A stretch of 64,000 bases of DNA from Amphiscolops sp. MND2022. Lineage: Eukaryota. Positions 25,734 to 35,896 of this stretch are shown here, piece by piece (position 1 is the stretch's first letter; each line of letters starts with the position of its first letter). The notes below the pieces were generated by a model. That model was not told the origin of the DNA. It searched no databases and saw nothing but the letters and a program-made list of their open reading frames with translations. The stretch spans positions 25,918,001 to 25,982,000 of the forward strand of contig OZ076409.1 of assembly GCA_964187785.1 (NCBI GenBank). The letters run 5' to 3'. The position numbers and the translations under genes were made by a program.

Positions 25734-26561
25734 TTAATTTAATTTTTGATTGAACTTTTCTTCAATATGCTGTCGTGTCAGCTCAAAACTAAAGATCGCC
25801 TCACGATTTTCTTCGGCGAGAGAAATATAATCATAATAATAACTATGATAATTCCCCTCGTATCCAAAATAATCGTAGAAATAATAATAGTCGTAATCGT
25901 AGTCGAAACCATAATCGCCTTTTCTAGCTTTATAAACGAGATCAGAAAAGTAATCGTAGACATCTAGCCACAAAGTATTCACAAGTATTGAGCAGACAGG
26001 AATGAGAACAACGAAGCAGGCAATAGTTATCAGCCATTTTTTCAGGAGAATATCCGAAGACCTCGTAGGATGACATACAAGGACATATCGCACGAAAGCT
26101 GTGGCGGCAATGCACCAACCGGTCGAATATTCATTCAGCATCAAACGGAAGAAGTTAATGATACATTTAACTTGATTTGAACCATCGACCATCGCAAATT
26201 TGATCCTTACGGTTTGCAAATTGAACCGGTAGACAAGACTTTCCGTTTCAGAAGCAAGATCCCACCAAGATCGGAGATCGTAGTAAACTAGAATATCAAA
26301 CACGCAGTTGGCAACGCCGGGCCCAACAATATCCACAATAGCTTGGAAGTACAGAGAAAATAACTTCAGATCTCGAAACTCATCTTCACGCAGAAGGAAA
26401 TAGACCAAGAACACGTTTAGGATGATGCAAAGGACGCTCAACACGGTCCCTGTGGTTGTTTGCAAAACAACAGCATCCAGGGTGTTTTCCATGCTGTCAA
26501 AATAGTAGTTAAAAACATAGTAATCGTCGTTGGCAGTAATCCGATATTCCCGATATTCCAT
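25734..26561 (-). CDS. Probable first coding exon of the same GPCR: N-terminus, TM1-TM4, Tyr/Asp-rich loop
   Basis: TM1 LSVLCIILNVFLVYFLL; TM2 LYFQAIVDI; TM3 EYSTGWCIAATAFVRYVLVCHP (DRY-like VRY, then CHP); TM4 WLITIACFVVLIP. Complements the 17387-18688 ORF; the splice donor is not resolved. Confidence 0.75.
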   Translation of the reverse strand: MEYREYRITANDDYYVFNYYFDSMENTLDAVVLQTTTGTVLSVLCIILNVFLVYFLLREDEFRDLKLFSLYFQAIVDIVGPGVANCVFDILVYYDLRSWWDLASETESLVYRFNLQTVRIKFAMVDGSNQVKCIINFFRLMLNEYSTGWCIAATAFVRYVLVCHPTRSSDILLKKWLITIACFVVLIPVCSILVNTLWLDVYDYFSDLVYKARKGDYGFDYDYDYYYFYDYFGYEGNYHSYYYDYISLAEENREAIFSFELTRQHIEEKFNQKLN

Positions 26562-27397
26562 CTTCAGAGGTTGCTTCTGCACGGAACTTCACTGTTTCTC
26601 TTCAAAATTACCCTGAAATGCGGACTTCCAGAATGAAGTGATGAATATACAAACATATCGAAATTATCGATTTAGGTTGATATTTCAATAAATGTATCCT
26701 CGACACGTCTTTCTTTTTAATGAATTAACCCAACTATTTCTTTGAAACGTTCGATGTAGACTCTTCAAATGTCGCAGATGTCTTCCTCAAACAGAAGACT
26801 GATTCTGCACTCTGGCAAATGCTGAGAGTTGAAAAACAAATGTAAAAAGAACAGTTGGAAGCATGGCTTTGGTGCCATCTTTTCTCACCAAGCGGTAAAA
26901 CTTTCAACAACAATCGACAATTTTAAACTACCCGTTGGAGCAACTCAGACTTGATATGGGGGTTCTATATCCAAATTGTATTTTACTTACTCCTGTGAAA
27001 CTTCTAACACTCATACATTGTTTTTTTAGTTATTAACAGCCACTAATAGTTGTTTCAGTTATTTTCGGAATTTTTCATTTCACCCGAAGCAGTGAAATTA
27101 AAAGCTACAAATTCGACGTTGAAAACGGCATGAACATTTATGAAGCCAGAGAGGGGCCATTACAGTGCTGTATTATTCCGCTTCCTGTCTCGCGTTGATG
27201 ACAGCATAACCATTTTCTAGGTCCTCAACAAATTCAAGTAGTGCACAAAAATGTCTTTTTTCATCATTTCAGAAAATTTGGCGAAAAAGTCTTTCTCTTA
27301 GTTGCTGAGTTTACATTTTCCATAGAAAAATGTTTCTGGAACATTGTTACCTAGTATCAACTCCAGATCTTGCTGAAGTTTTTCATGATTTTATATT

Positions 27398-27525
27398 TTA
27401 TAATAATAATTTATTTTATCAGAGGGCATAAATAACAGGCAATAAATTAAATTAAACAAAAAGAATTAACATAGAAGCCCCTGAAAAGGACCCCTAAAAG
27501 CACTAGGCTTTTCAAGAGGGATCCT
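27398..27525 (-). mobile_element. Possible 3' tail of a CR1/L2-type LINE or SINE
   Basis: On minus, a GC-richer stem-loop-like segment is followed by AATAAA and a (TTA)n tail. Confidence 0.3.
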
Positions 27526-27592
27526 TATTATTGGAACAAAAATAATTGTTTTTTTTTTGTGTGTGTGGTAGAGATTTCACATCTGTTACTCA

Positions 27593-27680
27593 AATTTTAT
27601 ACACTTGTAATGAATTGATCAGTTCTATCTAGCCGGAATTTTATACACTTGTAATGAATTGATCAGTTCTATCTAGCCGG
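27593..27680. repeat. Perfect 44-bp tandem duplication
   Basis: AATTTTATACACTTGTAATGAATTGATCAGTTCTATCTAGCCGG x2. Confidence 0.95.
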
Positions 27681-29317
27681 AATATCCAATATTTGATTGT
27701 TCACGTATGGTTATTTTATATTTTCTTCCAGGAAAACTTATATGATTTCAATTTTCCAGCAAACCTGACTTTGTCGTGACATAGTCAATGTCTAATTGCA
27801 TTGTCCCCCTCTAATCTGCCATGAACTGGCAGAAAGTGGAAAAATTTCGGAAGCAAAAGTGGCGCCAGCATGAAGCATGACCTGCAGACCTGAATGGCAT
27901 AAAAAGAAGCAGAACGCAAGAAAAAACGGACGAACCGGAAAGAACATGCGTGAACGCACAGTATCGAAGTGAAATATTTCCTTAGACTCTAATAGTAGGT
28001 GCCAATGTCGCCTGATTGTGGTGTAAATGTACCATTCAGATTTACCATTTCGCTGCCTAACGCAGCAAATACCATACAATGAGTCATCTTACGTAATCTT
28101 TCATTGTCGAAGCTTGTAACCCACTCTAATTAGTCGCGTCAATTGTCATTTCATTGTTTTACGTCGTTTATCTCAATTACTTTCGTTTGTTCTAGCCCGT
28201 GAGCTATCTGTAGAAATTGATTTTGCTGCCCGTTACCTTGGAAAAAGAAAATGAACTTTCTCTGCATTGTTTTTAGAATCTATAAGAACGGTGATCGTGA
28301 GAAGTTAAGCAGTGAAAGACTAGGACCGGTGAGTATTCAGTTGGAAGCAGGACTTCTTCCCCCACGGGACGTATTCCGCCCAATGGACCAGTTGACAGAT
28401 GGGAGCCCGTCCCGCGCTAAAATTTCCATCCCGTTAGGTTCCTCCCCATCGTTCATTCAAGCTGCGTGGCAGCTAGGCATTACAAATTATTTATAGATTT
28501 CCAAATCGTTACCCAAAGCTAATTAGAAAGACGGGCGTTTTAGCACTTGCAAAGGTGCATCAGTACGCCAGCGGTAATCTAAAGGAAAGAAAGAAACAGA
28601 CCGAAAACTTTCAGAAAAAGAAAGAACCTTTCGATGGCGCCATTAAACGTCGAATCAAGAAACTGAATAGCACAAAAAACATAAACAGAGGCTTCGGGAA
28701 TCTAAGAACTAGAGAAATGAACAGAGAAACGTTTTCTCCTGAATTTGGAGTTCCGCACTTTTTAGATCCTACCCCCACCGTTTACGGCTTTCCAAAGCTC
28801 CTTGAAATAGAATCTTGAAACCTGCCAAACGTTTGCCGACTGCACACAGGAATCTAATGCTATTAAATTACGACCTTAAGTCTGTCCCACACCGCTCCAA
28901 GTTTGACATGTGTGCTATTTTGATGTGAAGTGTGTGTTTTGAGTACATGCTATCACATTATTGTCGCACGAAATTCATATGAGAAAAGGAATTTCCTAAC
29001 TCGGCGTTTTTTTTTGCAAAATTGGCCATATTCCAAATTTACACCCAATTTATAGAGTTTCGTTCTCAAAATTAAACTACCTTAAATTTAGTTTCGTGGA
29101 AAATCTATTCATAGAGATTTTTGGACAAAATGATCCCAAAAATTGCTGAAGATTCTTTCGATTTTTTACGGCATTAATGCAATTTTGGTAAAATTTCATA
29201 TTTCAGATAGTTTTGGTGGGTTAGAAAAATCAAAAAGTTCAACAACGAAACCTTGCTATTCAGTACGCAGTTTTGAACAAAAAGTTGTAGTTTTTTGCTT
29301 TGAAACCCACATCAGAA

Positions 29318-29653
29318 GGATCCCAAAGTCAAAATCTCCTAAAATTAGAATAAAAGAAACTCATCGAAAAACAACTCGCCAACTTAATTGAAGCGGAAAG
29401 CTGTTCGCTTAGGAACAAAGGCTAACCTCAATTTTCAACCATTTTCAAACTTAATTGCAAACCTTGACTCATTAGTCAATTATGTAATAATCTTTCAATG
29501 ACTGTCTCAGCTTTTAATGCTTAATCAAAGTTACTTTCACACTATGAAATTCAATTTAGGAGATTATGACCTAGGATATTTAGGTCTAGGAGATTTTAGC
29601 CTAGGAGATCTAGGTCTAGGAGATTTTAACTTAGGAGATTTTGACCTGATACC
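29318..29653. mobile_element. Decayed MITE with 15-bp subterminal repeats
   Basis: About six TAGGAGATTTT-type 15-mers at 29557-29647; inverted partner GTCAAAATCTCCTAA at ~29328-29342. Confidence 0.5.
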
Positions 29654-30722
29654 GAAAGTCTTTTACAGTTTTATTCACTGTTTGTAAAAGCTTCGGGAAA
29701 ATTCGTCAGTCAGAATCTGTGAAAAAAATGTTTAACAACGAATCAACTTGTTATATCCAGGCATTCCGAAGAGGTATCTGAAGTTTCTTGTTAGAAAAGT
29801 GCCTCAAAATGACCCCAAAGAGGTAGAAAAACTCAAAATTATCCAAATTTTGACAGTAATAGTGAACTTTTGCAAAACAAGAACCATTTTGTGGGTTAGA
29901 TGTTTCAAAAAGCTCCAGACGAAATAACTGGTTAAAAAGTACGCTCTCAAAAAAGAAAGTTGCAGTTTTTTGGTAGAAAAACACCTCAGAATGACACAAA
30001 ATAGTCGTTCTTTGCAAATTTTGAAGACAAAAGTTCAAGATATTCTGGGTTAAAAGGTTCAAAAATATAAACAGCGCGTGAATTGACATTCAATGAGGTA
30101 CTTGGCCTGGTCATAAGTTAAGCGTATTCTTTCAAAATGGAATAGGATGGGTCAAAAAGGTAACGAAACTTTTATTTTTCTTCAAACTCTTTTGAACTTC
30201 CGTAGTACATTCGCAACTTTCGAATCTCAAACTTATGACGTTGCTTGAACAGTTTAAGGCAAAAACTACTCCACTGGTCAGCGGACATTTTGTTGAAATA
30301 CTCAGCCAACTCGATGTTCATCCTTTAAACTGTAAACAAAGACCACCAAATAGTCTATTTTAAAGCATAACGAAAAAGCCAATTTAATAGACGTAACAAA
30401 ACGGTTGAATATATATTAAGCAAAACAGCCAAGTTTGCGGAAAAAGCGAACTTTGAAAAAATGACAATGCAAAACGAAAAATTATCTCAGCACCTTTTTT
30501 TCAGAAAGCGATTGGAGTCCATTGCCAACCTGTTATAAGGGGGAAAATCCAGCACTTTGGTTCCAACAAAGAGTGATTCAAAAAAAGAAAACACTGTATT
30601 CCTTCATATAAAATATCTAAAATGTTAACAAATATATGGAGGGCAGTGTAAAACCGTATTATTAAAAAAACGGACAATACAAAATATTGTATTAAAAACA
30701 AATACTGAGCATTAAAATTTGA

Positions 30723-31260
30723 CTACTTGAAACGATATTCACTCCAACATTTCTGACTATACTGAGGTCTATCGATGTCATTAACAAATTTCTCATTAAA
30801 AAACGTTTTCAACCTCTTCTTTACATTTTCATACGTCTGATTTCCCAATTTTAGTTTTTCAGGCAACGCGTTCCACAAAGGTACTACTCTCAAGAAAAGG
30901 CTGTTTTTCAGCTGCTCACTATTGGCAAAACTATGATACGTTAAATTTAGTGTTCTTTCATGTTTTTTCAGATTTGCAGTGGCGATCGGGCGAAAGATTT
31001 CCATTTCCAGAAAAATAAAACAGCTTTCAAGTCCAGCAGATGACGAACCGATAAAATTCGATAGTGTAACCTAAGATCGTGTGCTGAATCCATTTTATAT
31101 CTATTAAAGCATGCTTTGATTCCCCAATTTAGTTGTTTTTCCAGGGTCGAAATGAGGCTTCGAGAAATGCCATTCAAGAGTATAGAAGAGTAATGTAAGT
31201 GGCTGATGACAAGGGCATTTAGTAACAGTAGTCTCGTTTTAAAAAATTCAAGCAGCCATG
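30723..31260 (-). mobile_element. 5'-truncated non-LTR retrotransposon (CR1/L2-like) ORF2 C-terminus, frameshifted
   Basis: LEKQLNWGIKACF...ILSVRHLL and KNSLFLRVVPLWNALPEKL match the typical 'SF..R....WN.LP' C-terminus of CR1/L2-group RTs. Confidence 0.7.
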
Positions 31261-32532
31261 TAATGAGACATCAGAGAAACAAATTGAAAACAATGCACAA
31301 AGAAACAAACCGACAACCCTGTGGAGCGTACAAGGAAGGACCCTTTGGGTCAATAGTTTGTAGAACTGCAGTACAAAAATTATTACAAACTACCTTGCAA
31401 AAAATTTTCAGTTGACTGAAGGAAATGGGCTTGCTCCAGGAAAATTAGTCAATGAGTAAATCTCAGTTGTGTCCGTAAATCACAGTTCACAATAAAGTAC
31501 TGAGTTACATATTGTTGATAACAAACTCTTCCTAATTTTTTTCTAGGCTCTCTAACAAAACTTTCATCTTCAATTCGTCATAATTGTTTCTCGTTGCCAG
31601 GACTAGAAGAGCGTGTATGCTCATTCCTTGTCCATTTTGGATGCTCCTTTCATAGTTCATTCGAATACCCTACACTTTGTATGTTTTGAACTAATCATTA
31701 CATTCAAATCAAATAATATTTTTTCGTGAGGTTTGTGAGTTTCCGAGTTTCTCTAAACCTGTCGCAGTAATTTTCTTTGGAAAACATTGAAGTGCCCTTG
31801 TATTTTAGGAACTTTTTCAGCTTTTCATGGGTTGCTTGTATGAAATTATATTCTGTTTGTATTTCTGGGACAGTATTATTTCAAAAAACTTGAACTTCTA
31901 CTAATCAAAATTATATCTCTTTTTGAAAAATAACTCTTGACATGAAGCTGTTTTTTATTTGGGTTGTTCTCAAAAAATCTTCGATAGTAATCCGTTTGTT
32001 ACAAAATGTTCAGCAATTTACTACCAATCATTTCATCCGAAAATGCGTTAAAATAAAATCTTCGTACAAACATTCGCAGTCTTTTGAGAAGAATCGAGGC
32101 TGTATAATGTAACGGACTTCTATTTCCCGAAAATTTTACAGCTGACAGGATTTTCAGAAATGACAAAATCTGTTATGTGAGAAGTTCGTTCAAGCCAATT
32201 TTGGTTTAACGCCGAGCATGTTGCTGAAGTACCTGCCATAAGTGTAAACGAGCAAAAAAAGGACCCTCGCGTGAACAAGCGAGCACCCAAAAAAGCTACA
32301 GGAAAAAGAGTCATTGGAACAAAGATATTTCTGCGCCAGCGCTTTTGCAAAATGGACTTTTTTACTTTTCGCTACTGTAGTGCTATAACCCTAAAATGTC
32401 AGCCATGTGAACCCTGAAAATTAAAACCCACGGAGAACCCACTTTCTCCCGGGCTGGGTGGACTGTTGCCAGTTTTCAGTTTGTTATTTCGAATGTTATC
32501 ATATTTAGATATTGTACGCTCGAGAGCTGCTC

Positions 32533-33135
32533 TTATTGGGGATTGTCGTAAGCACGAGGGTTCGTGCTTGTGAATCCGTCTTTGAGGCGGTCATTGGCCT
32601 GCTTACTCTTAGAATTATTCCTAGGTTCTAAGTTTTGCAGCACTTCGGAATATCCTTCTGGTCTCTCGGCCGGAACGTTCCATCTCTCTTTGGTCAACTG
32701 TCCAGACCCGGCCATAACTGCATTTTGGATTTGAGGCAAAATTTGACTACTGATCGCTTCATTTATTGCCCTTTGAATCTGAACACTGACGCTGTTCATC
32801 ATTTCATCCATCTCTCGAGATATACGGGAATTTAACTCGCTCGACAGTCTATTGATCTCAACACTTGAACTCTCCCTGATTGAATTTTGGCCTAATTCGG
32901 TATTTGGGCTAGGTCCATTATTTCCTGGGTTTGGGAACTCATTCTCATTCTCATCTTCAAGTTCATCTTCAAATAAGCTTTCTGGCCTACCGGCCTGATT
33001 ACTATTCATACTTTCACTTCTCTCATTTCTATCAAAGTGGTTTCCTCCGAGCATAATATCCAAATTCTCAATGTCTGATAGCATTTCTGCTTCTCTAGAT
33101 TTCCTTGCTTTCTTCTGTTTCCTAGTAGTAGGCAT
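32533..33135 (-). CDS. LTR-encoded copy of the Gag N-terminus reading out into flanking DNA (200 aa)
   Basis: Same as the first 197 aa of the 45629-47350 Gag; ends NPQ* in the TSD/flank. Expression is unknown. Confidence 0.5.
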   Translation of the reverse strand: MPTTRKQKKARKSREAEMLSDIENLDIMLGGNHFDRNERSESMNSNQAGRPESLFEDELEDENENEFPNPGNNGPSPNTELGQNSIRESSSVEINRLSSELNSRISREMDEMMNSVSVQIQRAINEAISSQILPQIQNAVMAGSGQLTKERWNVPAERPEGYSEVLQNLEPRNNSKSKQANDRLKDGFTSTNPRAYDNPQ

Positions 33136-33240
33136 TTAGAAAGAAAGTCCAAGGTTAATATTGAATTAGTTCGGAAAACTGGTAATATCAATGAACTGAA
33201 CGTTATGAAAAGAAAGCAAATTGTGTCCCCTCAGAAGGGG

Positions 33241-33283
<43 letters not shown>

Positions 33284-34307
33284 CCTGAGGCATGACACTC
33301 ACATTTTCCACATATTATTGAAATGTTTACATATTCTAAAGGATCGTGAGATTTTACGAGGATTGAAAAATAGCTATTGCATCAAAGTGATTCAGGAATT
33401 TAGGGTCGGAAGAATTCCTGAGGAATGCACTCAATTACATACTCATGATGGCTTCAAAGTACGGGGGACGGTTTAGTCCGCATTCCCGTAACAATTAACA
33501 TCAAGGCAAATACATGTTCAGACACTTCAAAGTAATATTTGTGTCAACAGGTATGTGAGATATCTAAGGCACGTGCCTGCACACGCAGGCTAATTCATCA
33601 GGTAGCAACTCTAATTATATGCACTAATAAAAGGTGAGCGCGGCCCAATTCGGCCATTTGACAAAGGTACCAGCCAATTAAAGTGACCGGTTTAGCCCGC
33701 TGGACTAGTATTTAGAGTTTTATGACTGGTGGTCACAACTACATCAATTGGGTTTAAATAGCCCCATTAGCGCCTTCTAAATACAAATATAATCCTACAT
33801 GACTTTAAATAACATGCATACTCAAATTAAACAATTACATAAGCTAATAGTTGGAATGGCCTAATCCGGCCATTTACCTTTGGTTCGCTTACAAAATAAA
33901 GTATAGCGTCAAGTGGCCGTATACGGCCAAACAAATATGACAGTATAATGCACAGCAGGATAGAGCGTTCTGATTGGCTAATGAAATGAGCTCAAGTGAC
34001 GTCTCCGGAATTGGAGTTTTGTTCACTTGAACTCGTTTCCTTTAAGCTTTACACTTGCCTTTATTACATTACGTCACTGCTAAACAATTCATCATATAAA
34101 CATAATCATCACCGTTTGAATTCTAACACGGGTATTAATCAGACTAATATTCAATCCGAATACATAATGAATGTAATAAAACAACAGTGAGTTTTACTGA
34201 AAGTTTTGAATAATTCTCCTAAAATGTGGGTAGAGTGCCTGGTACGGCTTCTTGTTCGTTAGTAGTCGTTGTGATTCGTGTCCCATCGCAAGCGGCAGCC
34301 TGCGACA
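32544..34307 (-). repeat. 3' LTR of element C (1764 bp)
   Basis: Matches 46759-48498 except for about six substitutions seen by eye and (TA)19 vs (TA)7. Confidence 0.97.
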
Positions 34308-35010
34308 CTGCGGGTGCTAGGAAAAGAAGACTTCCGGCATGTAGACCATTTTCGTAGGCTTCTCTCCTCAAGTCCGTTATGTATGCCGGTTCATTGCGCG
34401 GTGTTGATCTACTCATGTACCAATTCACCTTCTCTTGTTTAATTTCGTCCACTGATCTTCCACAGACCATACATCCACGGCCCAACTGTTTACTAAGATC
34501 CGAATACGGCTGTACTTGTTGGATGTGGTAAGATGCGTGGAAGCTGGTGCTAACTGGCTGTTCCATGAGCTCGTCTTGGGACGGCCCTCTCTCATGTTCG
34601 GGCGGAGACAACGGCGATTCCAATACTGGTAGAATTGTGTTGCAAAGTTCTATCCGGGTTCTTTCTGCCTTTCTCATCGGCACATACAGGAGTTTCTCGT
34701 CAAAGTGTTTGAATCCCAATTTCGGAGTCGAAGGTGGCCACATTTGAAGATTACTCGGTCCAGCTGCTGATTCTGTAGCCTGCTCCTCCACAGTCATCTT
34801 GCGACCTGCGATTAAAATTGGGCTTGACTTGACTTCCCTCTCGATTCTCTCTATGATAGCCTCGGTGTCCGTGGACCAATCGGAATCCCATGAGGTAGAT
34901 GAGGTGCCTTCCTCCTCGTCACTCGATAGGTAGATGACCGAATTTACGGAGGCTTCTGAGTCCGATTCTTCTAAGTCGAAAAGCTTTCTTGCTAAGTTAA
35001 ATTTAGCCAT
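34219..35010 (-). CDS. Accessory ORF of element C (263 aa from first ATG), unknown function; C-terminus encoded in the LTR
   Basis: Uninterrupted ORF; acidic VIYLSSDEEE motif; HASYH...CMVC; the last 89 nt lie inside the 3' LTR. No signal peptide/TM pattern of env. Confidence 0.7.
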   Translation of the reverse strand: MAKFNLARKLFDLEESDSEASVNSVIYLSSDEEEGTSSTSWDSDWSTDTEAIIERIEREVKSSPILIAGRKMTVEEQATESAAGPSNLQMWPPSTPKLGFKHFDEKLLYVPMRKAERTRIELCNTILPVLESPLSPPEHERGPSQDELMEQPVSTSFHASYHIQQVQPYSDLSKQLGRGCMVCGRSVDEIKQEKVNWYMSRSTPRNEPAYITDLRREAYENGLHAGSLLFLAPAVSQAAACDGTRITTTTNEQEAVPGTLPTF

Positions 35011-35896
35011 TATTGTCTTTTTTTGCAATTTTGTTGATTCGCAGAGCGACTTGTTGCTTGCAGGGTTCAAAGTTGAATAAGTTTGTCAAAATTTTCTTCA
35101 GGCCAATTCAGGCTATTTTCCCGGAGTCCCATTTCGGCGGGAGAGACCATGGCCAATCGCCCTGATCCGTCGTAAACTTTCTAGAATGGAATTTCTCAGC
35201 GGCTTATTTATCCTTTGAAATTCGGAATGAAACCCCCCTTTCTCACTCTCTCAAGTGAGTATGCGAAGAGGTGTTAAGTTGACAACAACAAATAATTCCA
35301 CTTCAAGTGGGTAATCAACATCAAGCTTGATAGCAATTAACGGCACTTGTCGGATGAAACTCACTGAAATGGCTTCAGCCAATCGAATTTGAGTTTCGAT
35401 AAATTTGAAAATGAATAATAAAGATGGCAGAAAATAATAATTTTGAATAACTAAAATGGCGAAAATCTAACTAAGGTAACTAGGAAAACTGAACAAAACG
35501 GCAACATAAATTGGGGTAAACGGCCATAATCGGCCACTAATTGTAACAAGGTTGTAAATAGCGAGATACGTCCTGTACATTTCATTGGCAGACTCCGTGT
35601 ACAGATTTAAATGTGTAGATAATCAAATAATATTAGTCTGGTAAATCTTCAACCACGAACTCCAACTTTCCAATTCCTTTATTCATCTTTAATTCCATTC
35701 GAATTCTATTTATATATCAATTGTTTCTCTTACTGGGAATCTCCTAGCTGGTATTCGTCTTCCCTTTGTCTCTAACTCTGCTGTCGATCCCCTCTCTGCA
35801 GCACTAGGGCCCCTAACTTCGGTCCACCCACGGCCATTTCCCTCAGCTTCTTTCGCCCGACGAGAGCATTTACTGAACGAGTAACATTACGGCAAC

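Noticed and set aside
34219..35070. env gene in the usual third-ORF position
   Set aside because: No signal peptide, furin site or TM anchor pattern; acidic and probably soluble.
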